Positions 30,479 to 41,830 of a stretch of DNA of 64,000 bases are shown in pieces. The DNA comes from an uncultured delta proteobacterium (GTDB lineage: Bacteria > Desulfobacterota > Binatia > Bin18): NCBI GenBank assembly GCA_963733195.1, contig CAVTCR010000062.1:192001-256000 (forward strand). Reading direction: 5' to 3'. The position numbers and the translations under genes are program-made. Each line of letters opens with the position of its first letter. Positions within the stretch are counted from its first letter, which is position 1. The notes beneath the pieces were generated by a model, which was not told the DNA's origin, did not search any database, and worked only from the letters and a program-made list of their open reading frames with translations.

Positions 30479-33469
30479 ATGTCTATCCTTGAGGCGGAAC
30501 CCGGAGCTTTGCAGGAGGTCGAAGAACTGCGTCGACAGGGGACTGAGTCCTGGCGCGAGCGAGGGGAAGAAGCGCTCCACAGTAGGAAGAACTGGCTTCC
30601 GCTGATTTTTCATGGTGTGTCGGACCTCCTCTTTCTTATCGGGGTGGAAGCTGGGCCGCAGTTCCGCTGTCTTGCGGTCAACCGCTCGCACCTCAAGAAG
30701 ACTGGGTGGATGCAGGAGCAGTTGGTAGGAAAACTCATTGCAGAGGCCCTCCCTCTCAAGCAAGCACAGTTTGTAATCGAAAAGTATACCGAGGCGGTGC
30801 GAAGCCGCAGTCCGACCGTCTACGAAGAGAGCACAAACGTACCTGGCGGACGGTTGACGGTGGAGACAACGTTGACTCCTGTTTTTGATGAACAAGGCCA
30901 TTGTCTCTACTTGTTAGGGGCCTCTCGTGATATCGCCGAGCGGAAGCGTGCCGAGGAGGCGTTGCGGCAAGCACATACTGACTCAGAGCAACGCGTGCAG
31001 GAGCGCACGGCAGAGCTGCAACGGGCTAATGAGGCCTTGCGGGCAGAAATCGAGGAACGCAAGCGGGTTGAGGCCGCGTTGCTAGCAGCTGAGGAAGATT
31101 ATCGGACGCTCTTTGAAAACGCTGTGGAAGGCATTTATCGCTCAAGTCTGGACGGAAAACAACTCCGAGCAAATCCTGCCTTGGTGAAACTGAACGGTTA
31201 CAGTTCGGAGGAGGAGCAGATTTCAGGGGTGAATGACATTGCTACGGAATGGTATGTCGATCCCCACCGGCGCGAGGAGTTCACGCGCATTCTTGAAGAA
31301 CAGGGAACGGTCACCGATTTCGAGTCAGAGATTTACCGCCATAAAACGCGAGAGCGGATTTGGATTTCGGAGACGGCAAGACTCGTGTACGCGTCAGATG
31401 GCACGCCTCTCTACTACGAAGGCACGGTGCAAGACATCACCACCCGCAAGCGGGCGGAAGAAGCGTTGCACAAAGCCCACGCCGAGCTTGAGCAGCGCGT
31501 GCGAGAGCAGACGGCTGAACTTTCACACGCGAACACCATGCTACAGGAGGAAATTGAAGAACGTAAACGCATCGAGGAAGCGTTACGAGAAAATGAGGAA
31601 CGTTACCGCGATCTCTTTGAGAATGCTAACGATGCGATTGCTACCTTCACCCTTGACGGCAAGATCACCGCTCTGAACCGGGCGGCGGAGCGGCTAATAG
31701 GCTGGTCGCGAGAGGAGCTAATTGGCCAGGACCTTTACAAGGTTGCTACCCCTGGCTCCGTTGTGCTAGCGGAAGAACGTGCGTTGCGCTTCCTCGCTGG
31801 TGAGAGACTGCCCTCTCCAACGTTTGAGTCCGAACTGCTACACAAAGATGGGAGTGTGGTGGCAGTGGAGTCTCGTACCCGTGCGATCCGCGATGCCGCC
31901 GGGAAGCCGGTCGGATTTCAAGGGATCTACCGTGACATTACTGAGCGAAAGAGCACGGAGCGCGCCCTCCGGGAGAGCGAGGAGCGCTATCGCATCATCA
32001 GCCAGTCAATCTCTGATTACGCCTTCTCTTTTCGCATTGGCGATCAGGGGGAGCCGACGCTTGAATGGCTCACCGACAGTTTTACCCAAGTCACGGGGTA
32101 TCCAGTCTTCGAAGTGGTGGGCAAGCCTAATCCACTGTCGCATTACGTCCATCCTGAGGATCTCGGTCGGCTCCTGCGCACCATCAAGAACTTGCAACCG
32201 GGAAAATCCATCACCTACGAATTCCGCATCATCCGTAAGGATGGCGCGATGTGCTGGCTGCAGTCGCGTGTCCAGGCAATTAGCGACGAGACCGGCAAGC
32301 TAGTACGCCTCTATGGAGCCGCCCGCGACATCACCGAGCGCAAGCTGGCTGATACTGCCCTGCGTGAGAGCGAACAGCGGTATCGCGCCGTCGTGGAAAC
32401 GCAAACTGAGCTGATCTGTCGTTTCCTGCCTGATACGACGCTGACCTTTGTGAATGAAGCCTATTGTCGCTACTTTGGCAAGTCGCGCAAGGAGTTGCTC
32501 GGCACCAGCTTCTTAGCTTTGATTCCTGAGCATGCGCAGCCTGCGGCCAAAGCGCATATCGACTCTCTTGTTGCTCACCCGCGTCTCGTGGTCAATGAAC
32601 ATGAGGTGATCGCTGCCGGAGGAGACCTTCGTTGGCAACGGTGGACGGATCAGAGCATTGTTGACGAAACTGGTCAACTGATAGAGTTTCAATCAACTGG
32701 GCTGGATATCACTGAACGAAAGCGCACCGAAGAGGCACTGCGCCAGCTACAGGCGGAACTCGCCCACGTCAGTCAAGTTCTAACGGTGGGGGAGATGGCG
32801 GCCTCGATCGCTCACGAGGTCAACCAGCCGCTCGGCGCGATCGTCGGCAATGCCGATATTTGCCTGCGGTTACTCGCAAACAAGACGCCCGATCTGGATC
32901 AGGCGCGCGACGCCCTATCTGACATCATCAAGGACGGGCACCGGGCAAGCGACGTGATCGCCCGCATTCGCGCACTCGTCAAGAAAGGAGTCCTGCAAAA
33001 GACGAGCTTCGACCTCAACGAGGTCATCCGCGAAGCCACTGTGCTTGTCGGCCATGAAATACAGAGAAATCATATCAGACTGCGGACCAACTTTGCCGCC
33101 GACCTCCCGCCTACACTCGGTGACCGCGTTCAATTAGGACAGGTGATGCAGAACCTAATCATGAACGGGATCGAGGCTATGAGTCAGATCAAGGAACGAT
33201 CCCGGGAACTCGTCATCAGGTCTGAGAGAGACGGTGAGAGCGGGGTGCTGGTCGCGGTACAGGACTGTGGCGTCGGGATCGACCCGCAGGAGGCGAAGCG
33301 GATGTTCACAGCCTTCTACACAACCAAGCCAGGAGGGATGGGCATGGGGTTGGCGATTTGCCGCTCGATCGTCGAGGCGCACGGTGGTCGGCTGTGGGTC
33401 GGGCCAAACGTCGGGCCGGGGTCAACCTTCCAGTTCACTCTCCCGTCCGGTTGTGAGGAAGAGAGATGA
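30479..33469 (+). CDS. Cytoplasmic multi-PAS sensor histidine kinase (FixL/NodV-like)
   Basis: Five PAS/PAC units ending DIT/DIA, H-box SIAHEVNQPL, N, G1 DCGVG, F, G2 GMGMGL boxes. Confidence 0.93.
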   Translation: MSILEAEPGALQEVEELRRQGTESWRERGEEALHSRKNWLPLIFHGVSDLLFLIGVEAGPQFRCLAVNRSHLKKTGWMQEQLVGKLIAEALPLKQAQFVIEKYTEAVRSRSPTVYEESTNVPGGRLTVETTLTPVFDEQGHCLYLLGASRDIAERKRAEEALRQAHTDSEQRVQERTAELQRANEALRAEIEERKRVEAALLAAEEDYRTLFENAVEGIYRSSLDGKQLRANPALVKLNGYSSEEEQISGVNDIATEWYVDPHRREEFTRILEEQGTVTDFESEIYRHKTRERIWISETARLVYASDGTPLYYEGTVQDITTRKRAEEALHKAHAELEQRVREQTAELSHANTMLQEEIEERKRIEEALRENEERYRDLFENANDAIATFTLDGKITALNRAAERLIGWSREELIGQDLYKVATPGSVVLAEERALRFLAGERLPSPTFESELLHKDGSVVAVESRTRAIRDAAGKPVGFQGIYRDITERKSTERALRESEERYRIISQSISDYAFSFRIGDQGEPTLEWLTDSFTQVTGYPVFEVVGKPNPLSHYVHPEDLGRLLRTIKNLQPGKSITYEFRIIRKDGAMCWLQSRVQAISDETGKLVRLYGAARDITERKLADTALRESEQRYRAVVETQTELICRFLPDTTLTFVNEAYCRYFGKSRKELLGTSFLALIPEHAQPAAKAHIDSLVAHPRLVVNEHEVIAAGGDLRWQRWTDQSIVDETGQLIEFQSTGLDITERKRTEEALRQLQAELAHVSQVLTVGEMAASIAHEVNQPLGAIVGNADICLRLLANKTPDLDQARDALSDIIKDGHRASDVIARIRALVKKGVLQKTSFDLNEVIREATVLVGHEIQRNHIRLRTNFAADLPPTLGDRVQLGQVMQNLIMNGIEAMSQIKERSRELVIRSERDGESGVLVAVQDCGVGIDPQEAKRMFTAFYTTKPGGMGMGLAICRSIVEAHGGRLWVGPNVGPGSTFQFTLPSGCEEER

Positions 33470-34128
33470 GTGAAGAGTCGCCCGTCGTTTTCATCGTCGA
33501 GGATGATCCGTCGTTTTGCACGTTCCTGAAGCGCCTGGTCAACCTTTTGGGCATAGAGTCAAAAGCTTTTGCGTCGGCGGAAGAATTTTTGCACAATGCT
33601 CCCCTGGATACCCACGGATGTTTGGTCCTCGATATCCAGATGCCTGGTATGAATGGCCTTGAGTTACAGCGTGAACTTGCCCACGCGGGCATTCTGTTGC
33701 CAGTCATATTCATCACTGGTCATGGTGATATTCCAATGTCGGTGCAAGCGATGAGGGCGGGGGCTGTCCATTTTCTGTCCAAGCCACTGCGGAACCAGGA
33801 GTTGCTAGACGCGATTCGGGAGGCGATCAAACTGGACCGGGAGGCAAGACGACAGCAGATGGAACTGACAATCCTGCGTGGGCAGTATGATTTGCTCTCC
33901 GCCCGTGAACGTGAAGTGTTTGCGTTAGTCGTCGCTGGGCTGCTCAACAAGCAGGTCGCCGAGAAATTAGGCACCAGCGAACGAACAGTGAAGGCCCACC
34001 GCAGTCAAATCATGAGAAAGATGCAGGCCCAGTCACTGGTAGATTTGGTTCGTATGGCTGATAAATTAGGCCTCGAGCCGCCAAAAGCTGAAGATCCTTA
34101 TAGGGTTAGTATCGCCAAAGATCAATAG
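33466..34128 (+). CDS. FixJ/NodW-family response regulator (REC + LuxR HTH)
   Basis: VEDD, LDIQMP, ITGHG, KP, LSAREREV...NKQVAEKLG; ATGA overlap with kinase. Confidence 0.93.
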   Translation: MSEESPVVFIVEDDPSFCTFLKRLVNLLGIESKAFASAEEFLHNAPLDTHGCLVLDIQMPGMNGLELQRELAHAGILLPVIFITGHGDIPMSVQAMRAGAVHFLSKPLRNQELLDAIREAIKLDREARRQQMELTILRGQYDLLSAREREVFALVVAGLLNKQVAEKLGTSERTVKAHRSQIMRKMQAQSLVDLVRMADKLGLEPPKAEDPYRVSIAKDQ

Positions 34129-34168
34129 CTTGGCTAAATCAGACCTGCACGCAAAAGTACCCGCCCAA

Positions 34169-34235
34169 TTGCCCCAAAGGGCAAATCGACTGCACCAAAG
34201 GACAGCTTTATCCCCTTCCTGCTCCGATATATGCT
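34169..34235 (+). promoter_or_regulatory. Putative FixJ-type operator pair and -10 upstream of regulator 2
   Basis: TTGCCC-CAAA-GGGCAA palindrome at 34169, related CTGCAC-CAAA-GGACAG 21 bp later, TATGCT at 34230. Confidence 0.5.
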
Positions 34236-34403
34236 CTGCCACGGAAAAGTTACCTGCGAGTTTCGCTCACACTTTGCGATAGAACACGGAGAATAGTCAC
34301 TTTTAGTGATTTTCACTCTATGTGGTCTTCCTTAGGGGCTCTTCGCCTATTCCAGTGCAAACTCCTGTAATGATACCCCAAACTGTGTTGTTAAGGAGTT
34401 CAA

Positions 34404-36410
34404 ATGGTTCAAGCCAAGAAGACGTTAACTCAGACATCAGCCGAGTCAGCTCTGTGCTTTGGTCCGTTCCGTTTGGAGATGAGCAAGCGGCTGTGGCGCG
34501 GAGACCGCCTCGTGGAGGTACGCCCGCGACCTCTGGCCGTGCTGCGCTACTTGGCCGAGCGGCGGGGCCGGTTGGTAACCGCAGAGGAGTTGCTCAGGCA
34601 GCTGTGGCCCGGCATCTACGTGACCAGGACCGTGTTGCGGGTCTGTGTGCATGAGCTGCGGCAAGCCTTGCAGGATAACCCTGAGACTCCTGAGTTTATC
34701 GAGACCGTGGGTCGCCAGGGGTATCGATTCATTGCTCCCATCTCCACCCCCACCAATGCCCCTCTCGTTATCAGGAATCAGTGGTTAGTTGTCAGTTCAG
34801 ACAAAGAAAAAACGCAGCTCCCACAACTGGCAACTGATAACTCGTCCTCAGTAACTAACAACTGGCAACTGACCACTCACTTGGTCGGACGCCAGAAGGA
34901 ACTCGCTCGTCTGCGCGATGCATTCGAGCGGGCGCAGCGGGGGGAGCGACAGAGTGTGTTTCTCTCTGGCGAGGCAGGGATTGGCAAGACTGCTCTGGTA
35001 GATCACTTGCTCACCCAGATGTCAGCAAGTGGCCCTGTGTGGATCGGCCGCGGGCAGTGCCTCGAACACCATTGCCTGGGGGAAGCCTATTTACCGTTGT
35101 TGGAAGCGTTGGGACAATTGTGCCAGGATCCGAAAGGAGAGCCAGTGCGGGCGGCACTCAGCCGCTATGCACCGCTGTGGCTGGCGCAGATGCCGGGGCT
35201 GCTGAAGACTGGCGAGCGAGAAGCAGTACAGCGACAGCTACAAAACAGTGGACACGAACGGATGTTGCGGGAGTTTGTCGAGGCTGTCGAGGCAATGGCG
35301 GCTGAGACAATGGTGGTACTGGTGTTCGAGGACCTACAGTGGAGTGACTCGGCGACGCTTGATGCGTTAACATACCTGGCCCGGCGGTGGAGCCCTATCC
35401 GGTTGTACCTTATCGGCACCTATCGGCCGGCGGAAGCGGTAGTGAGTGGGCATCCGTTGCCGCAGATGCTGCAGGAGTTGTACGGGCGGCGGCAATGCGA
35501 GGAACTGGCGTTGGAGCTTTTCACCGAAGCAGAGGTGGAAGAGTATCTCAGGCGGCGCTTAGGCCAGAGCTTCCCCGTCAGCACCGTAAGCGAGCTGGTC
35601 TACCGTTATACTGACGGGAACGCGCTGTTCATGGTGAACTTTGTGGACTACCTGTTGGAACAGGGGCTGCTGGTCAACACTGGTAGTCAGGTGGAGTTAC
35701 GAGTAGAGGGGGCAGTACTTAAGGAACTGATGCCAAGGACGCTGCAGCAGCTGGTTCTGCGGCAAATCGAAAGGCTAAACATCGAGGAGCAATATTTGCT
35801 CGGGGTCGCCAGCGTTGGTGGCAGGACCTTCACGGCGGCAGAGGTGGCGGCAGTAATAGGGCGTAGACTGGAAGAGGTGGAAGGGGTGTATGATCGTTTA
35901 GCGGCTACAGAGCAGTTGATCCAGGCAGAGGAAGCGAAGGAGTGGCCGGACGGAACGCTCACGACGCGGTATCGATTTCGGCACGCGTTATATCAGCAGG
36001 TGCTGTATGAGCAGTTGGGCCAAGCGCGGCGTGTACGCCTCCACCGCCACATCGGTGAATGGAAAGAGAGAAAATACAGAGACCAGGCCGCGGAGATTGC
36101 GGGGGAGTTGGCTAGACATTTTACCGAAGGGCGGGACTATCGCCGGGCGGTGAAGTATCACTACCAGGTAGGAAAAACTGCGCTGCGTCACAGTGCATAC
36201 CGCGAAGCGATCGACCACTGCAAAGAGGGGCTTGGCCTGCTAGAGCGGGTACCCGATACCTCCAAGTACCAGTGGCAAGAAGTGGCCCTACGGAAGACCC
36301 TGAATACCGCATTAATAGCGACTCAAAGCTTTGGGGCGGAGGAGTTGGTGCAGAATCTCTTCGATCCTCTCCATGAGAGAAAGTTTTCCACCAGTAAGGT
36401 ATTGCACTAG
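34404..36410 (+). CDS. Winged-helix + STAND ATPase regulator 2, C-terminal TPR region truncated
   Basis: Closely similar to regulator 1 (GEAGIGKT, FEDLQW); similarity stops after EELVQNL (~36358). Confidence 0.85.
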   Translation: MVQAKKTLTQTSAESALCFGPFRLEMSKRLWRGDRLVEVRPRPLAVLRYLAERRGRLVTAEELLRQLWPGIYVTRTVLRVCVHELRQALQDNPETPEFIETVGRQGYRFIAPISTPTNAPLVIRNQWLVVSSDKEKTQLPQLATDNSSSVTNNWQLTTHLVGRQKELARLRDAFERAQRGERQSVFLSGEAGIGKTALVDHLLTQMSASGPVWIGRGQCLEHHCLGEAYLPLLEALGQLCQDPKGEPVRAALSRYAPLWLAQMPGLLKTGEREAVQRQLQNSGHERMLREFVEAVEAMAAETMVVLVFEDLQWSDSATLDALTYLARRWSPIRLYLIGTYRPAEAVVSGHPLPQMLQELYGRRQCEELALELFTEAEVEEYLRRRLGQSFPVSTVSELVYRYTDGNALFMVNFVDYLLEQGLLVNTGSQVELRVEGAVLKELMPRTLQQLVLRQIERLNIEEQYLLGVASVGGRTFTAAEVAAVIGRRLEEVEGVYDRLAATEQLIQAEEAKEWPDGTLTTRYRFRHALYQQVLYEQLGQARRVRLHRHIGEWKERKYRDQAAEIAGELARHFTEGRDYRRAVKYHYQVGKTALRHSAYREAIDHCKEGLGLLERVPDTSKYQWQEVALRKTLNTALIATQSFGAEELVQNLFDPLHERKFSTSKVLH

Positions 36411-36880
36411 CAAATGGTGAAACAAAAAGTCGCAAGGGAGGAACCTTCATGAGGCAGGCTACAAGAACGCAGGCGTGCACCTGCGTTCTTGTAGCCTTGG
36501 GGTGCGTGTCCGACATTTGAATGCGTATTGGATAACGTAACGCACCGGAGCGCGGGAACGAGCGGAACTGACACGTTGACCAAGGAAAAAGATCGCAAAA
36601 GGTTGGTTAAGTTCTCAAGTCGATCGACGCGCAGACAGCGATTTTCCCGTAGTCTGCCAGCAGGTGTAGCCTGACCTACGGGTTCAAGAGTCGGGAAAAA
36701 GAGAAAATGGATAAATGAGGAAACGGCTACAGGTATTGTTCTCTTCCTTTTCGCTTCTTACCCTTCCCACCGTTTCTCTCTTTCTCTCCCTGTCCATAGG
36801 ACGGGCCTGTGCTCGCCGTCGTTAGTTACTCGTAGCAGCGGAAAGGTTACTGAGCAGTTCGCGACAGAAAGGAGAAAAGT

Positions 36881-38804
36881 ATGTCGAAGGATAACGGCTT
36901 TACAAATGCATTGGAGCGGGTCAAGGTCGCGCTTGCGGCAATGGGTTCTGGGAATCCCCAGCCGTATATCGACTGCTGGGCGCAGTCTGACGATACCACG
37001 CTCTTCGGGGCCTGGGGCACGCTGTGAACACGATGGGGGAGTGGCGGAGACAGAGAGTTGGAGGGCTAGGAGGATGGCGGAGGGAACAGAAGAGCGCCTG
37101 TAGATGCGTATGCGCGGGAAGCCACAGCGCTTGCATTGGCAGATGCGACGTTGACGCTGTGGGCGTATGTGATGCAGCCGACGTTTAGCGCAGGTGTTTG
37201 CGGAGTATCGAGGGTCGGAGTTTTGAGGAGACGCTGACCTTTGCGCGATTTGTGGATTTGATTGGGGACGCGCTGGTGGAACATAAGGGGAGTGGGAGGC
37301 AGAGTTTTACGCGGGCGCAGGAGCAGGGGACGTTGGAGACATCGAGTGAAGCGGTGTACGGGAAGTTGCGGCGGGTGCCGTTAAGTTGAGTTGGGTCTTA
37401 CCGAAGGGACGGCGCGGTTGCGGGCGTTACTGCCGCCGCACATCGGCCGTCGGAGTTGCCGCAGTATCGCGACTAACGGTCGTGGTGGGCGATGGCAAGA
37501 CGCTCAAGCGCGTGGCAAGCGCTTACTGCCGCGCGGGGCGCGGCAGGCAAGGTGTATGGGGGAAGTTACTCGTGGCGTTTCTCCAGTCAGGGCGTCGCGT
37601 GGCGCTGGCGCGATCCGGATGGGGAGCGCAATGAGTGTCGGTTAGTGCCCAGGTGGTGGAGCAAACGCGCACGTGGTGAGCGGCCCCCGGTTGTGGGTGT
37701 TAGATCGGCAGTTTTGTGATCTCGTGCAAACGGCCGCTGTAGCGAGGACGGGGATCACTTTCTGATACGCTATCATACGAAGGTACGCTTCTGTCCCGCT
37801 CCCACCCAGACGGCGGTAGTCACGCAGGATGCCCAGGGGCGGCGCGTGTGGAAGACTGGGGCTGGTTAGGAGCGGAGACCAATCCGCAGCCGGCGTTCGT
37901 GCGCCGCCTCACCTTAACGCGGCCTGGGGAAGAGCCCATCATCTGGTGACGGATCTGCTGAACGCGGTACGCTACCCGCAGCGATCTGCTCACCGTGTAC
38001 CTAGCCCGCTGGGGGATTGAGCGAGTCTTTCAACAGATCACCGAGGTCTTCGCCCTGCGCCGGTTGATTGGCAGTGCGCCGCAAGCCACGGTGTTTCAAG
38101 CCGCGTTCTGCCTCTTGCTCTACAATATGGTCCAGGCGCTGCGCGGCTACATCGCGCTGGCCCAACCCGAGCCGTGTCTGGCCGAAGCCGTGTCGGCGGA
38201 ACAGCTCTTTTATGACGTGCAGCGAGAGCTGACCGCCGTCAGCGTTCTTGTTCCACCGCTGATGGTGGTCACCGCCTATACCGAGGAGTTGTCACAGGAA
38301 GAACTCTGTCAGCGTCTGCACGGTTTGTTAGATTCGGTCTGGACCCCGCGCTGGCGCAAAGCCGTGAATACCAAGCCCCGGCCCAAAGTCGCCAAAGCGA
38401 AACGGTCTGGCGCCCATAGTCGATGCACCGCTTGTTACATGCAGCTCGTCAGGAACATCGCGTGGAGGCTGCGGTTGCCTAAGCAAAGGTGTTCACAGCT
38501 AGTGGGCTCTGGGGTCCCCATTGAGAAGGGCTATCGGCAGCTCACGGAGACCTTCCGTTGGGTCGGCAGTCGCTTCAAGGGTGGGCCGTTGGTTCCAGAG
38601 AACACCGTCGTGTTTTCCAGCGGCGACCTCGCCTATACGGTTGGCTTTGAGCGGGGCGAGGTCGTTGTGGATGGTGGCGCGAAGCATCCGATGACCATCC
38701 GCGTGACCCATGTCTACCGACGGTTTGGCGATGAGTGGCGGCTGGTACATCGCCACGCGGACTTTCCCCCGGAGGACCAGAGGAGTATGGCTGATGCCGC
38801 CTGA
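36881..38804 (+). pseudogene. SnoaL/NTF2-like (YybH) gene split by an IS
   Basis: MSKDNGF...DDTTLFGAWG (36881-37017) resumes as PIEKGY...GDLAYTVGFE...RVTHVYRR..EWRLVHRHAD after 38505. Confidence 0.85.
37018..38504 (+). mobile_element. IS4-family element, ~1.49 kb, heavily frameshifted transposase
   Basis: IRs CAC(TA)GCTGTGAACAC; flanking GGCCTGGGG / GGCtCTGGGG target duplication; VVVGDGK and YLARWGIERVFQQI (YREK-like). Confidence 0.85.
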
Positions 38805-38859
38805 AGAATTCGAAGAGGTTCTTCGCTTCCGGTTCCCCTGGCACTTGAGTGACGATCAC

Positions 38860-39123
38860 GTGGCGATGGTCTGCCAAGCGGAAGTGATCGCCACTCCGTA
38901 GACCCTGGCCGCCAATCCTGATCTTGCCTATCCGCAGACACGCGGCGCCCGCCCACCAGATTTGGCAGAGCGGGCCCAGTACTTTGCCGCAGTGGGTGCC
39001 CTGGCAGTGGAAGATGTCGAGGTACAAAGACTGATGGCTGAAGTGTTTAGTCTTGCCAAGCCGTTGTCAGTCTTGCGGGAAGAGCTACTGCAGAGTCGGG
39101 TGCTTGAGCAAATGAGAAAATAA
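38860..39123 (+). pseudogene. C-terminal remnant of a probable FAD-dependent oxidoreductase
   Basis: AYPQTRGARPPDL...EDVEVQRLMAEVFSLAKPLSVLR resembles the tail of such enzymes; no start. Confidence 0.4.
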
Positions 39124-39173
39124 ACAGTGCTGTAGAACAAAAACACAGCGTAGGAGCGAACGGGACTGACACG

Positions 39174-39407
39174 TTAACAAAGAAGAAAGATCACAAAGAA
39201 ATCTAGACTTTCCTCTATCTCCCCGGCATTGAAACGGCGCTCGAATTCGTCAGAGGTCAACTCATACTGAGACTCGAAGGTCTGCAGCCGTTGAGCAGTC
39301 CTTTGCAAACTCAGTTCCAGCATCCGTAGTTCAGAACGCAGAGCCGATTCGATCAACGGCTTGAGCACGATTTGCGCGTTAGTTGTGATAGTGATCTGTT
39401 GAGCTAT
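39174..39407 (-). pseudogene. Degenerate small antitoxin-like protein
   Basis: RLQTFESQYELTSDEFERRFNAGEI pattern; apparent start is ATA, no toxin partner seen. Confidence 0.45.
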
Positions 39408-39521
39408 AGGTGTCTTGCTCCAACGCTTGTACGGCGCTCACGATAGTAAGGCTTTCCCGAAGCGGAAGACGTTTGACAAGCGAGGGGAATCGGCAGGATA
39501 ATCCGCGGCTAGAGAGGGGGA

Positions 39522-41522
39522 GTGATGGCTGGCCAGACGCCTTCAGTCGGGATGTCGCGCAAGCTGGCGGCGATCTTCAGCACCGATGTCGCGGGTTACA
39601 GCCGCCTCATGGGCGACGATGAAGAAGCCACTATCCGTACCCTTACCGCCTACCGTGAAGTCATCTCCTCTTTGATCCAGCACCACCGTGGCCGGGTAGT
39701 CGATGCGCCCGGCGATAATCTGCTGGCCGAGTTCGCCAGTGTGGTTGATGCGGTGCGCTGCGCGGTGGAGATTCAGCAGGAACTCAAAGCCAAGAATGCC
39801 GAGCTGCCTGAACATCGTCAAATGCGGTTTCGTGTCGGCATCAACCTGGGCGATGTGATTGTCGAGGGCGAGCGATTGTACGGCGATGGGGTCAACATCG
39901 CCGCCCGGCTGGAGAGTCTCGCTGAGCCGGGCGGGATTTGCATTTCGGGCACCGTGCATGACCACGTCAAGAACAAACTGGCACTGAGCTATGAGGACCT
40001 GGGTGAGCAAGTAGTGAAGAATATCGCCGACCCGGTGCGGGTGTACCGAGTATCGGAAGCGATCCCCTCTCCCCTCGTGGGAGAGTGGCCAGGGTGGGGG
40101 GACTGTCAGGAAAGCAGAGAGTGCAAAGTTCCAGGTTCACGGTTCAAAGTCAGAAGTTGAGCGTAGGGCGGGCTTTGCCCGCCAAAAATGGACGATAGTG
40201 GCTGTGACTGGCTTGCTGCTCATCGCGGCAACTATTGGGGCCGTTCGCTATTGGTTTTCTCCGATCCCTAACCCCCAACCCCCAACCCCTAGCACCCAAT
40301 CCGCACTGAGGAGGCGCTTCGCTGCTGCCCGACAAACCCTCCATTGTCGTGCTGCCCTTCGTCAACATGAGTAAAGACCCCGAGCAAGAGTATTTCAGCG
40401 ACGGTTTCACCGAAGATCTGATGACTGACCTCTCCAAGATCTCCAGCCTCTTTGTCATCTCCCGCAACTCGGCTTTCACCTACAAGGGCAAAGCGGTGAA
40501 GGTGAAAGAGATCAGCAATGAGCTGGGGGTGCGGTATGTGCTGGAAGGCAGTGTAGCAGAAGGCCGGCCAGCAGGTACGAATCAACGCCCAGTTGATCGA
40601 TTCCACGACAGGAAATCATCTGTGGGCGGAGCGTTATGATCGAGCACTGAAAGACATCTTCGCTCTGCAAGATGAGATCATACAGAAGATTGTGTTCGCG
40701 CTGAAAGTGAAACTAACAGCGGAGGAACAAGAACGGTTTTAGGCGCGCTCCCTACGGACAACCTGGAAGCCTATGATTTTTTCTTGCGCGGACTGGAGTA
40801 CTTATCTCCGCACTACAGGAAAGACACGAATGCCCAGGCGCGGCAGATGTTTGAGAAGGCTGTTGAGTTGGACCCCAAGTATGCAGGGGCGTACATGAGC
40901 CTGGGTGCGACTTACTGGTTAGAGTGGGTCTTGCAGTGGAGTTCGGACCCCCAGAACTTAGAGCGGGCCTTTGAACTGATACAAAGAGCGATAGCCCTGG
41001 ATGACTCCTTGTCCGGACCCCATGTGTTATTAGGTGATCTCTATCTGGCGAAAAAGCAGTATGAGCCAGGCCATTGCCGAGTTGGAGCGAGCTATCGTTC
41101 TCGACCCCAATAATGCTTTTGGTTATGCGGACCTGGGGAATATTTTGACTTTTGCCGGGAGGCCGGAGGAAGCCATCGGGTTGACGGAGAAGGCAATACG
41201 CCTTGATCCTCATTATCCGCCCATTTGGATATGGATGTTAGGCCACGCCTACCGCTTGGCAGGACGATATGAAGAAGCAATTGCCGCCCAGAAAAGAGCC
41301 ATCGTACGTAACCCCGATATACCGGTTCAGTCGGCCCACCTTGAACTGGCTGTCATTTATAGTGAGTTAGGCCGGGAGGAAGAGGCTCAAGCTGAAGCGG
41401 TGGAAGTTCTCAAAATAAATCCCCATTTTTCTCTTGAGGTTGCAAGGCAGATCTGGCCTTACAAGGATCCAGCAGTATTAGAGCGCATGCTTGCCGCCCT
41501 GCGTAAGGCTGGGCTCAAATAA
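39522..41522 (+). CDS. Class III adenylate/guanylate cyclase + TolB-N-like + TPR protein, several frameshifts
   Basis: AAIFSTDVAGYS, PGDNLL, FRVGINLGDV, GDGVNIAARL; IVVLPFVNMS..EQEYFSDG; TPRs; ends LRKAGLK. Confidence 0.88.
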
Positions 41523-41830
41523 TGGAGAGTGGAGAATTGAAAATTGAGAATGGGGAAACAAGCTGGAGGCTGAGGGAAGAGGGGATGAAAAATGATGAGT
41601 GAGAGACGAGGAGTGAAAGCAGAGCGAAGTACTCTCATTTTTGGGCGGAGGTTGATTCGTCGTCTACGACTCCTCGCAATGATAGTATCACCTTGGCTGC
41701 CAATCTCTTCACTTCGTCCAGGAGTGTGTCTCGCCCGAAGATTCATCATGGACACGACGGAAAGCAACCTCTCTTTCCAGGTTTCTTCTTTTACTCATCA
41801 TTCATCATTCTGCGTTCCTCATTCTCTTCG

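Noticed and set aside
37995-38804. Novel transposase-SnoaL fusion protein
   Set aside because: Read-through across the IS right end into the interrupted gene.
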